Shown one piece after another: positions 19,516 to 30,678 of a stretch of DNA of 64,000 nt. Position 1 is the first letter of the stretch. Every line of letters starts with the position of its first letter. Source of the DNA: Candidatus Bathyarchaeota archaeon. Its GTDB lineage: Archaea; Thermoproteota; Bathyarchaeia; Bathyarchaeales; Bathycorpusculaceae. The stretch is from positions 128,001 to 192,000 of the forward strand of contig CAWGYA010000008.1 of assembly GCA_963826715.1 (NCBI GenBank), given 5' to 3'. The position numbers and the translations under genes were made by a program. The notes beneath the pieces are model-generated. The model did no database searches. It saw nothing but the letters and a program-made list of their open reading frames with translations, and had not been told where the DNA came from.

Positions 19516-20844
19516 ATGCACCACATCATCTTCATAAAAAACTATGGCTGCTCCTCCAACACCGCAGACGGAGAAACCCTAGCAGGATGTCTAACACAAG
19601 CAGGTTACACTATTGCATCATCCGAAGAGGAAGCCGAACTCATAATCTTCAATACATGTGCAGTCAAAGGACCAACTGAGAACCGTATAGTCAACGACAT
19701 CAAACATGCCCCAAAAACCAAAAAAATCCTAATTGCAGGATGCTTACCTAAAATCAGTTTTGATCGCCTACAGCGAGAAGTGCGATTTAATGGCGCTGTT
19801 GGTCCTGCGGTTGGTGAAGAAATCGTTGAAATTGTTAGACGGGTTTTGGGAGGCGAAAAAGTCATCGATTTATTATCATTTAAAGAAAAGCCGTCACTAA
19901 CCCTACCTAAATTGCGCAAAAACCACACGATCAGCATAATCCCCATCAATTTTGGCTGTTTAGGCAATTGCGCTTACTGTTGTGTGGTACAGGCACGTGG
20001 TCATTTAAGAAGCTACAGCATAAAAGACATAGTTGAGAGAGTACAAGCCGACTACAATGAGGGGGCACGAGAATTCTGGATGACTTCGCAAGATACAGCC
20101 AGTTATGGCAAAGACATAAAAACCGACATTGCCGAGTTGCTACTTGCCCTCAATACGTTGGAAGGTGATTTTCGAGTTCGCATCGGAATGATGACTCCGA
20201 ACTTGATAACTAAAATGGAAGAACGACTGATTTCTGCTTTTGAAAGCGACAAGATCTTCAAGTTTTTACATTTACCGGTACAAAGTGGCGATGATACAGT
20301 GTTAAAGAGCATGCGCAGATTCTACACCGCTGAAGAATTCAAACAAATCGTTAAGGCATTTAGGGCTACTTTTCCCGATTTGACTTTAGCAACTGACATT
20401 ATTGTTGGTTACCCAGGTGAAACAGAAGAAGCTTTCGAGAATACACTGCAACTTTTGAGGGAAGTTGAGCCAGACATAACCAATGTATCCAAATTTTTTG
20501 CTCGACCAAAAACTGCAGCATGGGAAATCCAAAAAGGTATAGTTGCGAAAGAGGAAATCAAGCGCCGAAGCACGGTTACCTCAGAGTTAGCGAAAAAAAT
20601 CTCAGCTGAGCGTAACAAACATTGGGTTGGTTGGATTGGTAATATACTCATAGACGAGAAAGGCAAAGTTGAGGGTTCTTGGATTGGCAGAAATTTCACC
20701 TACAAACCCATAGTTGTTAAAAGTAGTGAGACCCTGCTTGGCAAAAACTTAAAAATCGAAGTCATAGATGCAGCGTTGACTTATCTAAAAGGCAAAATCA
20801 TATCGGCTGAAGATGATAGTGAAATGGGCTACTTAGTTATTTGA
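19516..20844 (+). CDS. tRNA t6A37 methylthiotransferase (MiaB-like radical SAM, archaeal e-MtaB type)
   Basis: YGC..N, NTCAV, CLGNCAYC, HLPVQSG and C-terminal TRAM domain. Confidence 0.9.
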   Translation: MHHIIFIKNYGCSSNTADGETLAGCLTQAGYTIASSEEEAELIIFNTCAVKGPTENRIVNDIKHAPKTKKILIAGCLPKISFDRLQREVRFNGAVGPAVGEEIVEIVRRVLGGEKVIDLLSFKEKPSLTLPKLRKNHTISIIPINFGCLGNCAYCCVVQARGHLRSYSIKDIVERVQADYNEGAREFWMTSQDTASYGKDIKTDIAELLLALNTLEGDFRVRIGMMTPNLITKMEERLISAFESDKIFKFLHLPVQSGDDTVLKSMRRFYTAEEFKQIVKAFRATFPDLTLATDIIVGYPGETEEAFENTLQLLREVEPDITNVSKFFARPKTAAWEIQKGIVAKEEIKRRSTVTSELAKKISAERNKHWVGWIGNILIDEKGKVEGSWIGRNFTYKPIVVKSSETLLGKNLKIEVIDAALTYLKGKIISAEDDSEMGYLVI

Positions 20845-21532
20845 TACAATAGAAACCAGCTTGCATAACCGAGAACCATAATAATTCAACTACTGAAAAA
20901 CCAGTTTTTCTCAGCAAAACTAGATGCTCTTCCACCGTTAGAGGATGGTATTCTACCCCAAATCTTTGCATATGGACTTCAGCGGTTTTTATGTCGCGCC
21001 CACTTTTGATTTGATGTTGTTTCCAGTTTTCTTTTCCAATCTCGGTACCCTTTTCAGTTAAAGGGCGAATATTTTCAAACGTGACGTAGACACCTTCTGT
21101 AGTTAACAAGTTAAAGCAGACTTTTGTTGCCTTGGAATGTTCATTTACTTGAGAGTAATGGTGACTTTGTATTGCAGTTACCACATCAAATACTTCCGCT
21201 CCACAGAGGTCTTGGGTAACGGCAGTATTAAGAAAGTTTACGTTAGAACGATTTTTTAGTTTGGTTTTAGCTTCTCTAAGCATATGTGACGAAGGGTCAA
21301 CTAATACAAATTGGGTACTTGGGAACTGTTTAAGCGCTTTTTCAATCAGGGTTCCTGTTCCACATCCAGTATCCAACCATCTTTTGGGGTCAAGGCGCAT
21401 TGCTTTTAAGAGGTTTAGGGTTTCGTCATGAAATTCGTTGTAGTAAGGCAGAGTTATTTGAACTTGTTTATCGTAAACACTGGCTAAATGAGGTGTGGCG
21501 TTGTCTGAATTGAACATTATATCATCAGGCAT
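20837..21532 (-). CDS. Class I SAM-dependent methyltransferase (CmoA-like)
   Basis: LDTGCGTG motif; YD..V...LPYY N-terminus. Confidence 0.88.
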   Translation of the reverse strand: MPDDIMFNSDNATPHLASVYDKQVQITLPYYNEFHDETLNLLKAMRLDPKRWLDTGCGTGTLIEKALKQFPSTQFVLVDPSSHMLREAKTKLKNRSNVNFLNTAVTQDLCGAEVFDVVTAIQSHHYSQVNEHSKATKVCFNLLTTEGVYVTFENIRPLTEKGTEIGKENWKQHQIKSGRDIKTAEVHMQRFGVEYHPLTVEEHLVLLRKTGFSVVELLWFSVMQAGFYCIK

Positions 21533-21749
21533 TGTTTGTCAACTATGTTTTATAGCATTATAGGCAGAAATTACTAGTTATTTAATTTAATCTGCAAGTG
21601 AAGATATCGGCGAACCAAGTTAATCATTACTGGAATAGGCTAATTCCATATAGAGACATAGAGAATAAACCCATTAAGCATTTGAAAATTATGCAGCTAT
21701 CTGAAGGCTTAAATAATTTCGATTTCTGTACCTTTATCGAGCTGAGACC

Positions 21750-23177
21750 GTGACCATTAATCAACCCTGCATCCACCTTTTTAATACTTTAACCCGCAAA
21801 AAAGAAGTTTTTTACCCCATAGAAGCAGGAAAAATCAAAATCTACACATGTGGACCAACCGTTTACGATTATGCGCATATCGGGAACTTCCGAGCATTCC
21901 TCTTTGAGGATTTATTAAAGCGCTGGTTACTTTACCGCGGCTTCAGGGTAACTCATGTCATGAATCTAACTGATATCGATGACAAAACAATCAGGGGAAG
22001 CCAGAAGCAAAACATTCCTCTGCGGCAGTTCACTGATTTCTATGTTAAAGCCTTCTTTGAGGACATCAAATCTTTGAACATACTGCCTGCTGACGTGTAT
22101 CCCAAAGCCACAGACCACATCCCCGAAATGGTTGCATTAATCCAGGCACTTGTGCTTAAAGGCTTCGCGTATCAAGGCGAAGATGGATCGATCTATTTCT
22201 CGGTCTGTAAATTCCCCGATTACGGCAAGCTTGCTCACATAAAGGTAAAAGAACTCAAAGCGGGTGCGCGGGTCAGCCAAGACGAATACACCAAAGAAGA
22301 AGCCCAAGATTTCGCACTATGGAAAACATGGACCCCTGAGGACGGCGATGTGTACTGGGAGACCGAGTTGGGCAAAGGCAGACCTGGTTGGCATATTGAA
22401 TGCTCGGCTATGAGCATGAAGTACCTGGGCGAAACTTTTGACATTCACTGCGGTGGAATTGATAATATGTTCCCTCATCACGAAAACGAAATAGCCCAAA
22501 GTGAAGCTGCAACGGACAAGCCGTTCGTGAATTACTGGATGCACAACGAACATCTTCAAGTTGAAGGAAAAAAGATGAGCAAAAGTTTCGGCAACTTTTT
22601 CTCACTACGCGATTTGCTATCCAAAGGCTACGACCCTACATTGATCCGTTACCTACTCATATCCACTCATTATCGACAGCAATTCAATTTCACCTTTGAA
22701 GGACTGGAAGCCGCAAAGGCTTCAGTAGAGCGCCTACGCAACTTTGTGAGGCGATTACATGAAGTTGAAGGAAAAACTGGCACAAACAAAGTCGCTACTT
22801 TAACAACTAAACTGGAAGCATGTTTCGGCGGCTCCATGGATGACGATCTTAACATAGGGATCGCACTATCATCGCTATTTGATTTTGTCCGAGAAATCAA
22901 CGGGTTACTTGACGCCAATTTAGTAAGCAAACAAGAAGCCTCAGAAATCGGGGGGTTAATAATGCGAATCGATGACGTTTTAGGCGTCATTGGTAAAGTG
23001 GAAACGGAAGAAGCACTACCAAGTGACATTGATGAATTAGTGCAGAAAAGGGAAACTGCACGGAAAACCAAAAACTGGAAAGAAGCGGACGCCATTCGAG
23101 TACAGCTAAAATCTATGGGTATTTTGCTTGAGGACACTTCACAGGGAGTAAGGTGGCATAAAGAGAAAGCGGCTTAA
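21750..23177 (+). CDS. cysS: Cysteine--tRNA ligase
   Basis: CGPTVY, HIGN, GRPGWHIECSAM, FPHHENE and KMSKS motifs. Confidence 0.98.
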   Translation: MTINQPCIHLFNTLTRKKEVFYPIEAGKIKIYTCGPTVYDYAHIGNFRAFLFEDLLKRWLLYRGFRVTHVMNLTDIDDKTIRGSQKQNIPLRQFTDFYVKAFFEDIKSLNILPADVYPKATDHIPEMVALIQALVLKGFAYQGEDGSIYFSVCKFPDYGKLAHIKVKELKAGARVSQDEYTKEEAQDFALWKTWTPEDGDVYWETELGKGRPGWHIECSAMSMKYLGETFDIHCGGIDNMFPHHENEIAQSEAATDKPFVNYWMHNEHLQVEGKKMSKSFGNFFSLRDLLSKGYDPTLIRYLLISTHYRQQFNFTFEGLEAAKASVERLRNFVRRLHEVEGKTGTNKVATLTTKLEACFGGSMDDDLNIGIALSSLFDFVREINGLLDANLVSKQEASEIGGLIMRIDDVLGVIGKVETEEALPSDIDELVQKRETARKTKNWKEADAIRVQLKSMGILLEDTSQGVRWHKEKAA

Positions 23178-23968
23178 ACAGGTTTTCCGCCTAAATTCCA
23201 TTCAGAGGTAGCGTATTTTTCGCTATATAACTTATTTGACTGTTCCTTTTCGGCGGCGGTAAGTTCACCGTCTTGCAACTGAATTTTGAGGATAGACCTA
23301 AAGCCCTGAGCTAAAGCGTTAGCGATGGTATCAGGGCTAATTTTGTGACCCAGCTCAACTTGAACACTAGTTATTTTTCGTCTTGCTATGTCGGTGGCTT
23401 GGGTGCAACTGGTGTCCTTGAGCTGAAGTAAGTGAAACATTTTGGTCAAGTCCACGCTACGGAGCACTGTACCATGCTGTAACACCACACCACGACTAAT
23501 TGTTTGGCTGCTACCGCTGATTTTTTTACCAGCCACGGTTAAGTTTGGACAGTTTTTGGCATCTCCACTACTGAAGTCCGCGGGTATACCGAGCAAACGC
23601 AATGCGTCAGTTATAGCGCCATATACCTTGTTGTAAACACTAGTTACATCTGAGGTCCCCAAGTCCGCGACTTTGGCGATGACACTGTAGGTAACTTCGC
23701 CTTCAAAATCATGATAGACGGTACCACCGCCGCTGTTTCTGCGCACTACATCCACACCCAACAGCTTGGCTGTGTCGAGATAGATTTCGTTTCGCGGATT
23801 CTGATTTCTGCCCACACTCACTGCAGAGGGCTGCCAGCGATAGAAACGCAGTGTGTTAGGTACTTTGCCAGCTATCCGTGCAGATAAGATTGCTTCATCG
23901 ATAGACATATTCATTGCTGCATTATTAGTTGTAAGAGGAAGATAGCGCCAAGTATCCATATTATTCAC
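23174..23968 (-). CDS. Lipoate-protein ligase/octanoyltransferase (LplA/LipM-like)
   Basis: RRNSGGGTVYHD, KKISGSSQ and LQHGT motifs. Confidence 0.9.
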   Translation of the reverse strand: MNNMDTWRYLPLTTNNAAMNMSIDEAILSARIAGKVPNTLRFYRWQPSAVSVGRNQNPRNEIYLDTAKLLGVDVVRRNSGGGTVYHDFEGEVTYSVIAKVADLGTSDVTSVYNKVYGAITDALRLLGIPADFSSGDAKNCPNLTVAGKKISGSSQTISRGVVLQHGTVLRSVDLTKMFHLLQLKDTSCTQATDIARRKITSVQVELGHKISPDTIANALAQGFRSILKIQLQDGELTAAEKEQSNKLYSEKYATSEWNLGGKPV

Positions 23969-24009
23969 AGGTTCTCTAAATTCTTCTAAGTCAACCCTAA
24001 AAACATAAC

Positions 24010-24504
24010 CTAAGGCTTTTGTTTGGCTAAATGAGCATTTATCGCCGCAATGTTTCCCTCAACTGTTTCAATCCAATTTTTATTCTCGTTGGTACCCATT
24101 CCATTTTTATTAAAAATTTCTTTAGCACGCATAAGCGCATCCATGGCAGCAGCAAAACAGCCCAATGTTGCCAGCGAAGTTCCTTGATTAACTAAAGCCA
24201 TTAACCATTTGCCAGTATCCTCTGGGTATTTTTCGCCGCATTCATCGTAAAAAAGTAATGCCTTGTTGGCAGCGGCAAGGCTCTCAAGGTGTTTACCCAG
24301 TCGCCCCAAAGACGCAGATAGCCTTGCATAACATGAAGCTTCAAATCGTTGGCGATCAAACACCTCATCAGCGGAAAGCAAACAACATAATTTCAAGCAT
24401 TTACGATAACAGTCAACTGCGCCTTCGTAATTACCTTGATGAAATAATTGAACCCCATCTTTATGCGACTTTTGCATGTCCCTGATTACATGCGCCGTTT
24501 TCAT
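24010..24504 (-). CDS. TPR-like protein (DUF3856-like)
   Basis: Helical repeats with F.A.CYA.LS..LG.LG and W..A..N.G..LA.LG. Confidence 0.7.
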   Translation of the reverse strand: MKTAHVIRDMQKSHKDGVQLFHQGNYEGAVDCYRKCLKLCCLLSADEVFDRQRFEASCYARLSASLGRLGKHLESLAAANKALLFYDECGEKYPEDTGKWLMALVNQGTSLATLGCFAAAMDALMRAKEIFNKNGMGTNENKNWIETVEGNIAAINAHLAKQKP

Positions 24505-24646
24505 ATACTCACTAATTGTTTAGTCGCGTACCTTTTTATCAAGTTGTTGGATGCCCCCAAGTTTCAAGTAAGCTTCATCTACCAATTTTTTGAGATAAAA
24601 CCTTAAAACCTGAGTCTGTATTTTCTAACACGCAAGAGGAATAATA

Positions 24647-25528
24647 TTGAAGATTATCTCTGGTCCAGCGTCTAAAGATTTAGCTGAAGCAGTTTCAGCG
24701 CTAACGGGGTACCCAAACGTTTCTGTGATTTCCAAGATTTTTCCCGATGGTGAATCATATGTACGTATTGATGGCGACGTTGCAGGTGAAGAAGTCGCGA
24801 TTATACAAACTACCTGCCCACCAATGCAGGATGGGAAACTATTTCAGCTGGCTTTTATGGCGGATGCAACCAAGCGAGCAGGCGCAAAGAAAGTCACCGC
24901 TGTTGTTCCATATTTAGCTTATGCACGACAGGACAAGATGTTCCTCGAGGGTGAGAACATCAGCATCGAGACCGTCGCTAGGATGCTCGAAAGCGCTGGC
25001 ATTGATGAGTTGCTTACTGCTAACATTCATTCAGAGCATGCACTCGAGCAGTTTGGGTTTCCAGCAAAAACAGTCAGCGCCATCCCGCTTATCGCTGATT
25101 ACTTTGTAAAGAAAAATTACAAAGGCGCATTTGCATTATCTCCTGACAAAGGAGCCATGTACATCGCACAACAAGCACAGACAGTACTGGGCGGCGACGT
25201 AGGACATCTAAACAAGACTCGTGACCGCTACACAGGCCAAACAGTGCAGACTGCAGAGGGCTTAAACGTCAAAGACCAAACAGTCATCATATTAGATGAC
25301 ATCATTAGCACAGGCGGCACCATCGTAGGCGCAGCCAAAATCCTCCGCGAAAACGGTGCCGCACATGTATTCTGCGGCTGCGTACATGCTTTACTTGTAG
25401 GCGATGCAGAAAAACGTATCCTAGACGCAGGCGTGGAAGAAATCGTTGGAACTGACAGTGTCCCCGGCAATGTAAGCAAGGTCTCGCTGGCACCCCTGCT
25501 TAGTCAAGCACTCAAAGGCGCAATTTAG
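24647..25528 (+). CDS. prs: Ribose-phosphate pyrophosphokinase
   Basis: FPDGE, PYLAYARQD, SPDKGA and DDIISTGGT motifs. Confidence 0.97.
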   Translation: MKIISGPASKDLAEAVSALTGYPNVSVISKIFPDGESYVRIDGDVAGEEVAIIQTTCPPMQDGKLFQLAFMADATKRAGAKKVTAVVPYLAYARQDKMFLEGENISIETVARMLESAGIDELLTANIHSEHALEQFGFPAKTVSAIPLIADYFVKKNYKGAFALSPDKGAMYIAQQAQTVLGGDVGHLNKTRDRYTGQTVQTAEGLNVKDQTVIILDDIISTGGTIVGAAKILRENGAAHVFCGCVHALLVGDAEKRILDAGVEEIVGTDSVPGNVSKVSLAPLLSQALKGAI

Positions 25529-26601
25529 TGCCGCACCTCTTCTTTTTGCTCTCAGGCGAGAACCAAACGCTGCCCGCCTCCGAGGTAAAAGCAATTTTAG
25601 AGACTGAAGGTTATACCTACCAGAATCCTCGACAGTTCGACCAAATTCTAAGGCTCGAGGCAGACTTAGAAAGCGTTAAGGTCATCCAAATTCGCTCAGC
25701 CTACACCAGGGTTTGCGCACAAGAAATATTAGTTGCAGAAGCCAACTACGCCGACATTGAAGAAGCTGTAGCACAAACAGATTTCCGATCAGTACTCAAA
25801 CCAGGCGAATCCTTTGTAGTGCGAATTAATCGCATAAAAAATTATGCAGACAACGAAATCAACACCATGACGCTAGAAATCAAGCTAGGAAAACAGATTC
25901 TCAGCCAAACTCCAGGCGTAACTGTCAATCTCAAAAATCCGGACAAAAGCTTTCTAGGCATAATAACAGATAACAAACTCATATTGGGCTTAAAACTAAC
26001 CGAAATAACCACCAAAACCTTCAGCGAACGGCGCCCGCGTAAAAAACCCTTCTTCCACCCTTCCGCTATGCCTTCAAAGATGGCTCGATGCATGGTAAAT
26101 CTGGCGCATGCCAAAACTGAATCGGTACTGCTGGACCCCTTCTGCGGCACAGGCACCTCTCTAATCGAAGCCACCTTTATTGGTTGCCGCGCGATTGGCG
26201 TGGACGCACAAAAAAGGATGATTTTGGGCACAAAAAAGAATCTATCGTTCTTTAACATTTCTGCGGAGGGACTACTACTAGCTGATTCCCGAAAAATCCC
26301 ATTGATAAAAGCGGATGCAATCGTCACTGACCCACCATACGGCCGCTCCTCGAGCACGCTCAAATCAACAACCAAGCAATTAGTGCAAGAAGTTCTAGCT
26401 GCCGCATATGGACTGCTGGGGAAAGGACAACGGATCTGTATAGCCCTACCGATAAGGGTGAATGAAAGTGGAGAAGTGAACCGTATGGCTGAGGATTTGG
26501 CAGAGTTTATTGTATATCTTGGATACAAAAAGATTGAGTCACACTTAGTTTTTATTCATAGATCATTGACCCGAGAAATAATGGTTTACAAAAAAACTTA
26601 G
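25528..26601 (+). CDS. trm11: tRNA (guanine-10-N2)-methyltransferase, THUMP + MTase (Trm11)
   Basis: PFFHP, DPFCGTG and TDPPYG motifs; THUMP-like N-terminus. Confidence 0.88.
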   Translation: MPHLFFLLSGENQTLPASEVKAILETEGYTYQNPRQFDQILRLEADLESVKVIQIRSAYTRVCAQEILVAEANYADIEEAVAQTDFRSVLKPGESFVVRINRIKNYADNEINTMTLEIKLGKQILSQTPGVTVNLKNPDKSFLGIITDNKLILGLKLTEITTKTFSERRPRKKPFFHPSAMPSKMARCMVNLAHAKTESVLLDPFCGTGTSLIEATFIGCRAIGVDAQKRMILGTKKNLSFFNISAEGLLLADSRKIPLIKADAIVTDPPYGRSSSTLKSTTKQLVQEVLAAAYGLLGKGQRICIALPIRVNESGEVNRMAEDLAEFIVYLGYKKIESHLVFIHRSLTREIMVYKKT

Positions 26602-27012
26602 TTTTTCAAAGTTTTTAGTGCTAATCGCTCCGACATTTTTTCAATACTATGAAATGGCCCCATTTTAAATCCAGTCTCCATCTGTGATTAATGTACGCGG
26701 GTACGTCAAACTTTTTTGCTCCATTAGCGAGTATAGTGGAGTTGAAAACATGCAGTCTTGTTAATTTGAATAGAAAAAGTTTTGCCAATATTATTTAGTT
26801 TGCTTTACCAGTGTCTAAGTAAAAAACCAATAAGTTATATTTGAAGCAATTACCTGATTAGCTATAACTGTAAGAAAACAGGTTCAGTATAATTTCCTTA
26901 GCATCAAAGGACTAAAAGGGATTCCGCCTAGCTTCTTTGGAAATTGTATGTTTATTAATTTTTATATTTTAAAATTGTTTAATGTTATAGTGAGGATTAA
27001 GGCGATTGGAAA

Positions 27013-27825
27013 TTGTCCACTTCTGAACGCAAAGCAAAGGGAAAGAAAAGTTTCTTAGAAAGGTTAGAAATATTCTTAGAATTTGAGGGCCCAAAAAGAA
27101 AGAATAATGACGACCCAAAACATGAGCTTAGGCGTCTGTTCTCAGAGATTTTAGGCACATTTTTTCTTGTCTTAGTTGCTGTGGGCGGAAACATAGTCTA
27201 CGTGATGAATGAAGGAGCAATAAGTCCTATCGCAGTAGTTGTAGCGCCTGGTTTAATGGTGATGGTGATTATTTTATTCATGGGAAATGTGTCGGGAGCA
27301 CACTTAAATCCAGTTGTAAGCATCGCTTTTGCTGCTCGAGGCGACTTTCCGTGGCGTAGAGTTCCAGGATACGTAATAGCCCAGTTGATTGGCTCGGTTA
27401 TTGCATGTTCACTTCTACTCTTAATGTTCGGAAAAGTAGGAATGTTTGGGGCAACTCTACCTGGCGTTGGGATAAATGATTTCCAAGCTTTCTTGATGGA
27501 AATTATACTTACGGTTGGCTTAGTGAGCACGATTTTGGGGACCGCGTCGGAAGCTCAGAATGTTGGACCACTCTCAGCTATTGCTGTTGGCGGCTACATA
27601 GCCCTCGCAGGGCTCTGGGCAAGTCCTATAAGCGGTGCATCAATGAATCCTGCACGTTCTTTTGGTCCTCAACTAATATTGTTGAATTTTGACCAATATT
27701 GGTTGTACGTCTTAGGACCAATCATAGGAGGATTAATTGCAGTTGGTTTTGCCTACATTCTACGGGGACAGATTATAGACAAAGCTGCAATCAGAGCTGC
27801 TCAAGGAACTCTTGATCAGACATAA
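27013..27825 (+). CDS. Aquaporin (MIP family)
   Basis: SGAHLNPV and SMNPARS loops; six TM helices. Confidence 0.93.
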   Translation: MSTSERKAKGKKSFLERLEIFLEFEGPKRKNNDDPKHELRRLFSEILGTFFLVLVAVGGNIVYVMNEGAISPIAVVVAPGLMVMVIILFMGNVSGAHLNPVVSIAFAARGDFPWRRVPGYVIAQLIGSVIACSLLLLMFGKVGMFGATLPGVGINDFQAFLMEIILTVGLVSTILGTASEAQNVGPLSAIAVGGYIALAGLWASPISGASMNPARSFGPQLILLNFDQYWLYVLGPIIGGLIAVGFAYILRGQIIDKAAIRAAQGTLDQT

Positions 27826-27962
27826 ATACCAAAAAAGTTTTCCGCCTATAACCACTTTGATGCTTGCAAGAAAAAAAACTGAAAAATTACTTTTCATTAA
27901 GTGCTATTGCGCTCTCCAGCATAATAGCCGCCCTATCCTAACCAGAATGCATTTTGAGGCTA

Positions 27963-28847
27963 TCAATACATCCTAAGTGAGGGAACTTCCATTCCAGTCT
28001 CAACTTTCCTGAAAACCTTCCAAATCTCGCCCTGCAACTTCTCTAAATCATTTAAATCCTTAGAAAGTGCCTTGATGATCAGCCCTCTATTGTTCGCCAT
28101 CTGGGTAGCCCCGCCATAAGTATTTCCAAAATCAATTTCTTTCTTAGCATTAACTGCTTTATCAGAGTACCAATAAGCCTTAAGATAAAACTTATTATCG
28201 CCGAAAATAACATCGAGCACTTCTTTGTCTTTTCTCGTGAAAATAGTGCTTTCATTAAGCAAGAGTTCTCCATCCTTTTCAATATATACCTTGGAAGAAT
28301 AGATTTCAAAATCCCAAAACTCTTCCATAGCAATCCGTCCAGGGCAGAAAATATCACAATAAAGAAATTTTGAACCCTCACTAACATGAAATACTACTCG
28401 TTGATACCAACGCGAATCGACAAAAACAATAGTTTCCCTGGGCAAAAACTCTAAACGACTGTTCTTTCCAAGATAAACATCTATTTCTTTTCTAGCATAA
28501 TTTAAATCCATTTTATAGATTTTTGTAGCCATTGTATCAGTAATAAATGCCTCTGCGCCTTCTTTCAATCTAAATTTGTAATAATAACGGTCACCTTGAA
28601 CTATCCCACCTGTCGGGTTCATGAAAAGAATATAAGGCAACCCAGGCAGACACGGGTCAAAGTAGAGTTCTCTCAGAATTTTCGCAGGAACTTCATTATA
28701 AACATCAGTAAGGTATGTCTTGTCACCAACTTTCGTGAACGTTAATTCTGCAACTGCATTTTTGCCTGGAGAACCAACAGCAAGCCTTGTTTGTTCTACC
28801 TCAAACTCCGAGAAATCGGACGGTAAACCGCTTAACTCTTGAATCAC
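27963..28847 (-). CDS. ureD: Urease accessory protein UreD/UreH
   Basis: NPTGG.VQGD, ATKIY, LEFLP.ETI and PGR.A..E motifs; last gene of the ure operon. Confidence 0.9.
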   Translation of the reverse strand: MIQELSGLPSDFSEFEVEQTRLAVGSPGKNAVAELTFTKVGDKTYLTDVYNEVPAKILRELYFDPCLPGLPYILFMNPTGGIVQGDRYYYKFRLKEGAEAFITDTMATKIYKMDLNYARKEIDVYLGKNSRLEFLPRETIVFVDSRWYQRVVFHVSEGSKFLYCDIFCPGRIAMEEFWDFEIYSSKVYIEKDGELLLNESTIFTRKDKEVLDVIFGDNKFYLKAYWYSDKAVNAKKEIDFGNTYGGATQMANNRGLIIKALSKDLNDLEKLQGEIWKVFRKVETGMEVPSLRMY

Positions 28848-28866
28848 TTCTTGAAAAACTCCCGCG

Positions 28867-29514
28867 TCATTTGAAAAGTGCCTTTTCTTTGATTATTTTC
28901 ATCACATCATCCAATCCGGCGCCATCTTTCAAAGACAACATGACTGTTGGTTTGTCACCTCGTAGTTTCCTTGCATCTTGCATCATAAGATCAAGGTTGG
29001 CAGTCTTAATCCCCGATTCAAGAATGGTAGATTCAACATAAGGGGCTAAGTCTATTTTATTTATAACAAGTAAATCGGATTTTTTGATTCCTAATCCCCC
29101 TTTCCGAATCGTTTTATCTCCACCAGCCACATCAACCATATAAATGAAAAAATCCGCTAATTTTGGACTAAAAGTCAATGTAATATTGTCTCCTCCGGAT
29201 TCTATCAAGAGTACATCTAATCCAGGATTATCTCGCTCAAGTTTCTCAGCAGCATCTATATTCATCGACGGGTCATCGCGCACGGCAGTATGGGGGCAAC
29301 CTCCTGTCTCTATTCCTAAGATTAGATTTGGGTCAATATCCTTGCCAAGTCTTGCTGCTAGTCTTCTTGCATCTTCTTTGGAGTACGCGTCGTTTGATAT
29401 TACTCCAACCTTGAAGCCCTCTTCAACTAGCTTTGGGACCAATTTCTCAATTAATTCAGTTTTTCCACAGCCTATTGCGCCGCCCATTCCAATTCTAACA
29501 GTTCTATTACTCAT
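28867..29514 (-). CDS. ureG: Urease accessory GTPase UreG
   Basis: G..GCGKT, ETGGCPHTAVR, ESGGDN and NKID motifs. Confidence 0.96.
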   Translation of the reverse strand: MSNRTVRIGMGGAIGCGKTELIEKLVPKLVEEGFKVGVISNDAYSKEDARRLAARLGKDIDPNLILGIETGGCPHTAVRDDPSMNIDAAEKLERDNPGLDVLLIESGGDNITLTFSPKLADFFIYMVDVAGGDKTIRKGGLGIKKSDLLVINKIDLAPYVESTILESGIKTANLDLMMQDARKLRGDKPTVMLSLKDGAGLDDVMKIIKEKALFK

Positions 29515-29535
29515 TTTTCATATCAGTCTCCTTTT

Positions 29536-30204
29536 TTAGCTCATGAACATTCTACTTGTGCTTAATTCATGCCTCATCGAGGCAATATCCACTAAGGGAA
29601 AAGTCTGATGCAAGTCAGTTAGTTTTTGAGGTTTTATCTGAATCGATTTTACAGCGTCAATTAAAATTTTTTGCGCTTCAATATAATCAATTATTCCCAT
29701 TCTCACTAATGAAGCAATGACTTCCATGATATTAACATACAAAAGAGATAGAGCCCCTAAATCTTTGAAGTTAAACTGAACAGATACGAGCGCTAAAACT
29801 ACTGGGTAAGTTCCATATGCAGCATCAGATTTTATTAAGCCCTTGTAAGATTTTCCTATCGTATCTTCGTTGAATTCGGTTACATTCATCATGCTTCTGC
29901 CCATTTTGATCATGGCTGACCTATTTTCTTCAGTCACCTTAGAAGAATAACAAACTTCATCTACTTTTTTTAGCAATTCAATATCTTTCTTTTCGATTGC
30001 TTCTAACGCTTGACAGAAGATGCCGAGGTCGAATGCTTTCCATATCTTTTCTAAATAAATTTCTATAATTTTTGCCATTTTTTCCTTTGGCAACAAGTTT
30101 TCATTAATAACTTGTTCCATGCCCTGAGACATGGTGAATGATCCCATGGGAAAAAACGAGTCAGAGGTCCTCAGCAAATTTAGCAGTTTCTCGTTTTCAG
30201 ACAA
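29536..30204 (-). CDS. ureF: Urease accessory protein UreF
   Basis: DSFFP.G.F..S.G.E at the N-terminus; SMRHE....RMFMS at the C-terminus. Confidence 0.92.
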   Translation of the reverse strand: MSENEKLLNLLRTSDSFFPMGSFTMSQGMEQVINENLLPKEKMAKIIEIYLEKIWKAFDLGIFCQALEAIEKKDIELLKKVDEVCYSSKVTEENRSAMIKMGRSMMNVTEFNEDTIGKSYKGLIKSDAAYGTYPVVLALVSVQFNFKDLGALSLLYVNIMEVIASLVRMGIIDYIEAQKILIDAVKSIQIKPQKLTDLHQTFPLVDIASMRHELSTSRMFMS

Positions 30205-30678
30205 TTATTCTTCTTCCCCCGCGTGGTATCCAGCTGAAGAGATAGATATTACTTTTCGAATTGATTCGAACCTAATAGGCAACTTCATAGATTCGAGTAT
30301 TTTCCTGACCTTTTCTTCTCCAATTGTGACTGGAATGAATAAAGCGTTATCTTCGATCAAAACTTCAAGATGTCGATTTCCCAAATTATAACCTAATTTT
30401 GCTGCTTTTTCTAAAAAGTCACTATTTTGGAATTCGTTTAAAGTAACCTTTATTACTAATTCAGGTTCAATGAGAATTTTGTAGTAGTCTCCTTTTTCTG
30501 AAGGTCCGAAAACATCCCCCTGCCCTATGGGTTGGCCTCTAGGTAAATTGATTATCAGGTCTTCTCCATTGCTTAATTTAGCTCTCACTCTACCTCTCAT
30601 TGCGTTCTGCCTGTTAGTTGTAACCTCTTTAATCTTTTCGACACTGACTTGATTTGCTAATTTTTCAAAAACAATCAT
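30205..30678 (-). CDS. ureE: Urease nickel chaperone UreE
   Basis: LPRG..I..GD and LGYNLGNRH motifs; no His-rich tail. Confidence 0.9.
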   Translation of the reverse strand: MIVFEKLANQVSVEKIKEVTTNRQNAMRGRVRAKLSNGEDLIINLPRGQPIGQGDVFGPSEKGDYYKILIEPELVIKVTLNEFQNSDFLEKAAKLGYNLGNRHLEVLIEDNALFIPVTIGEEKVRKILESMKLPIRFESIRKVISISSAGYHAGEEE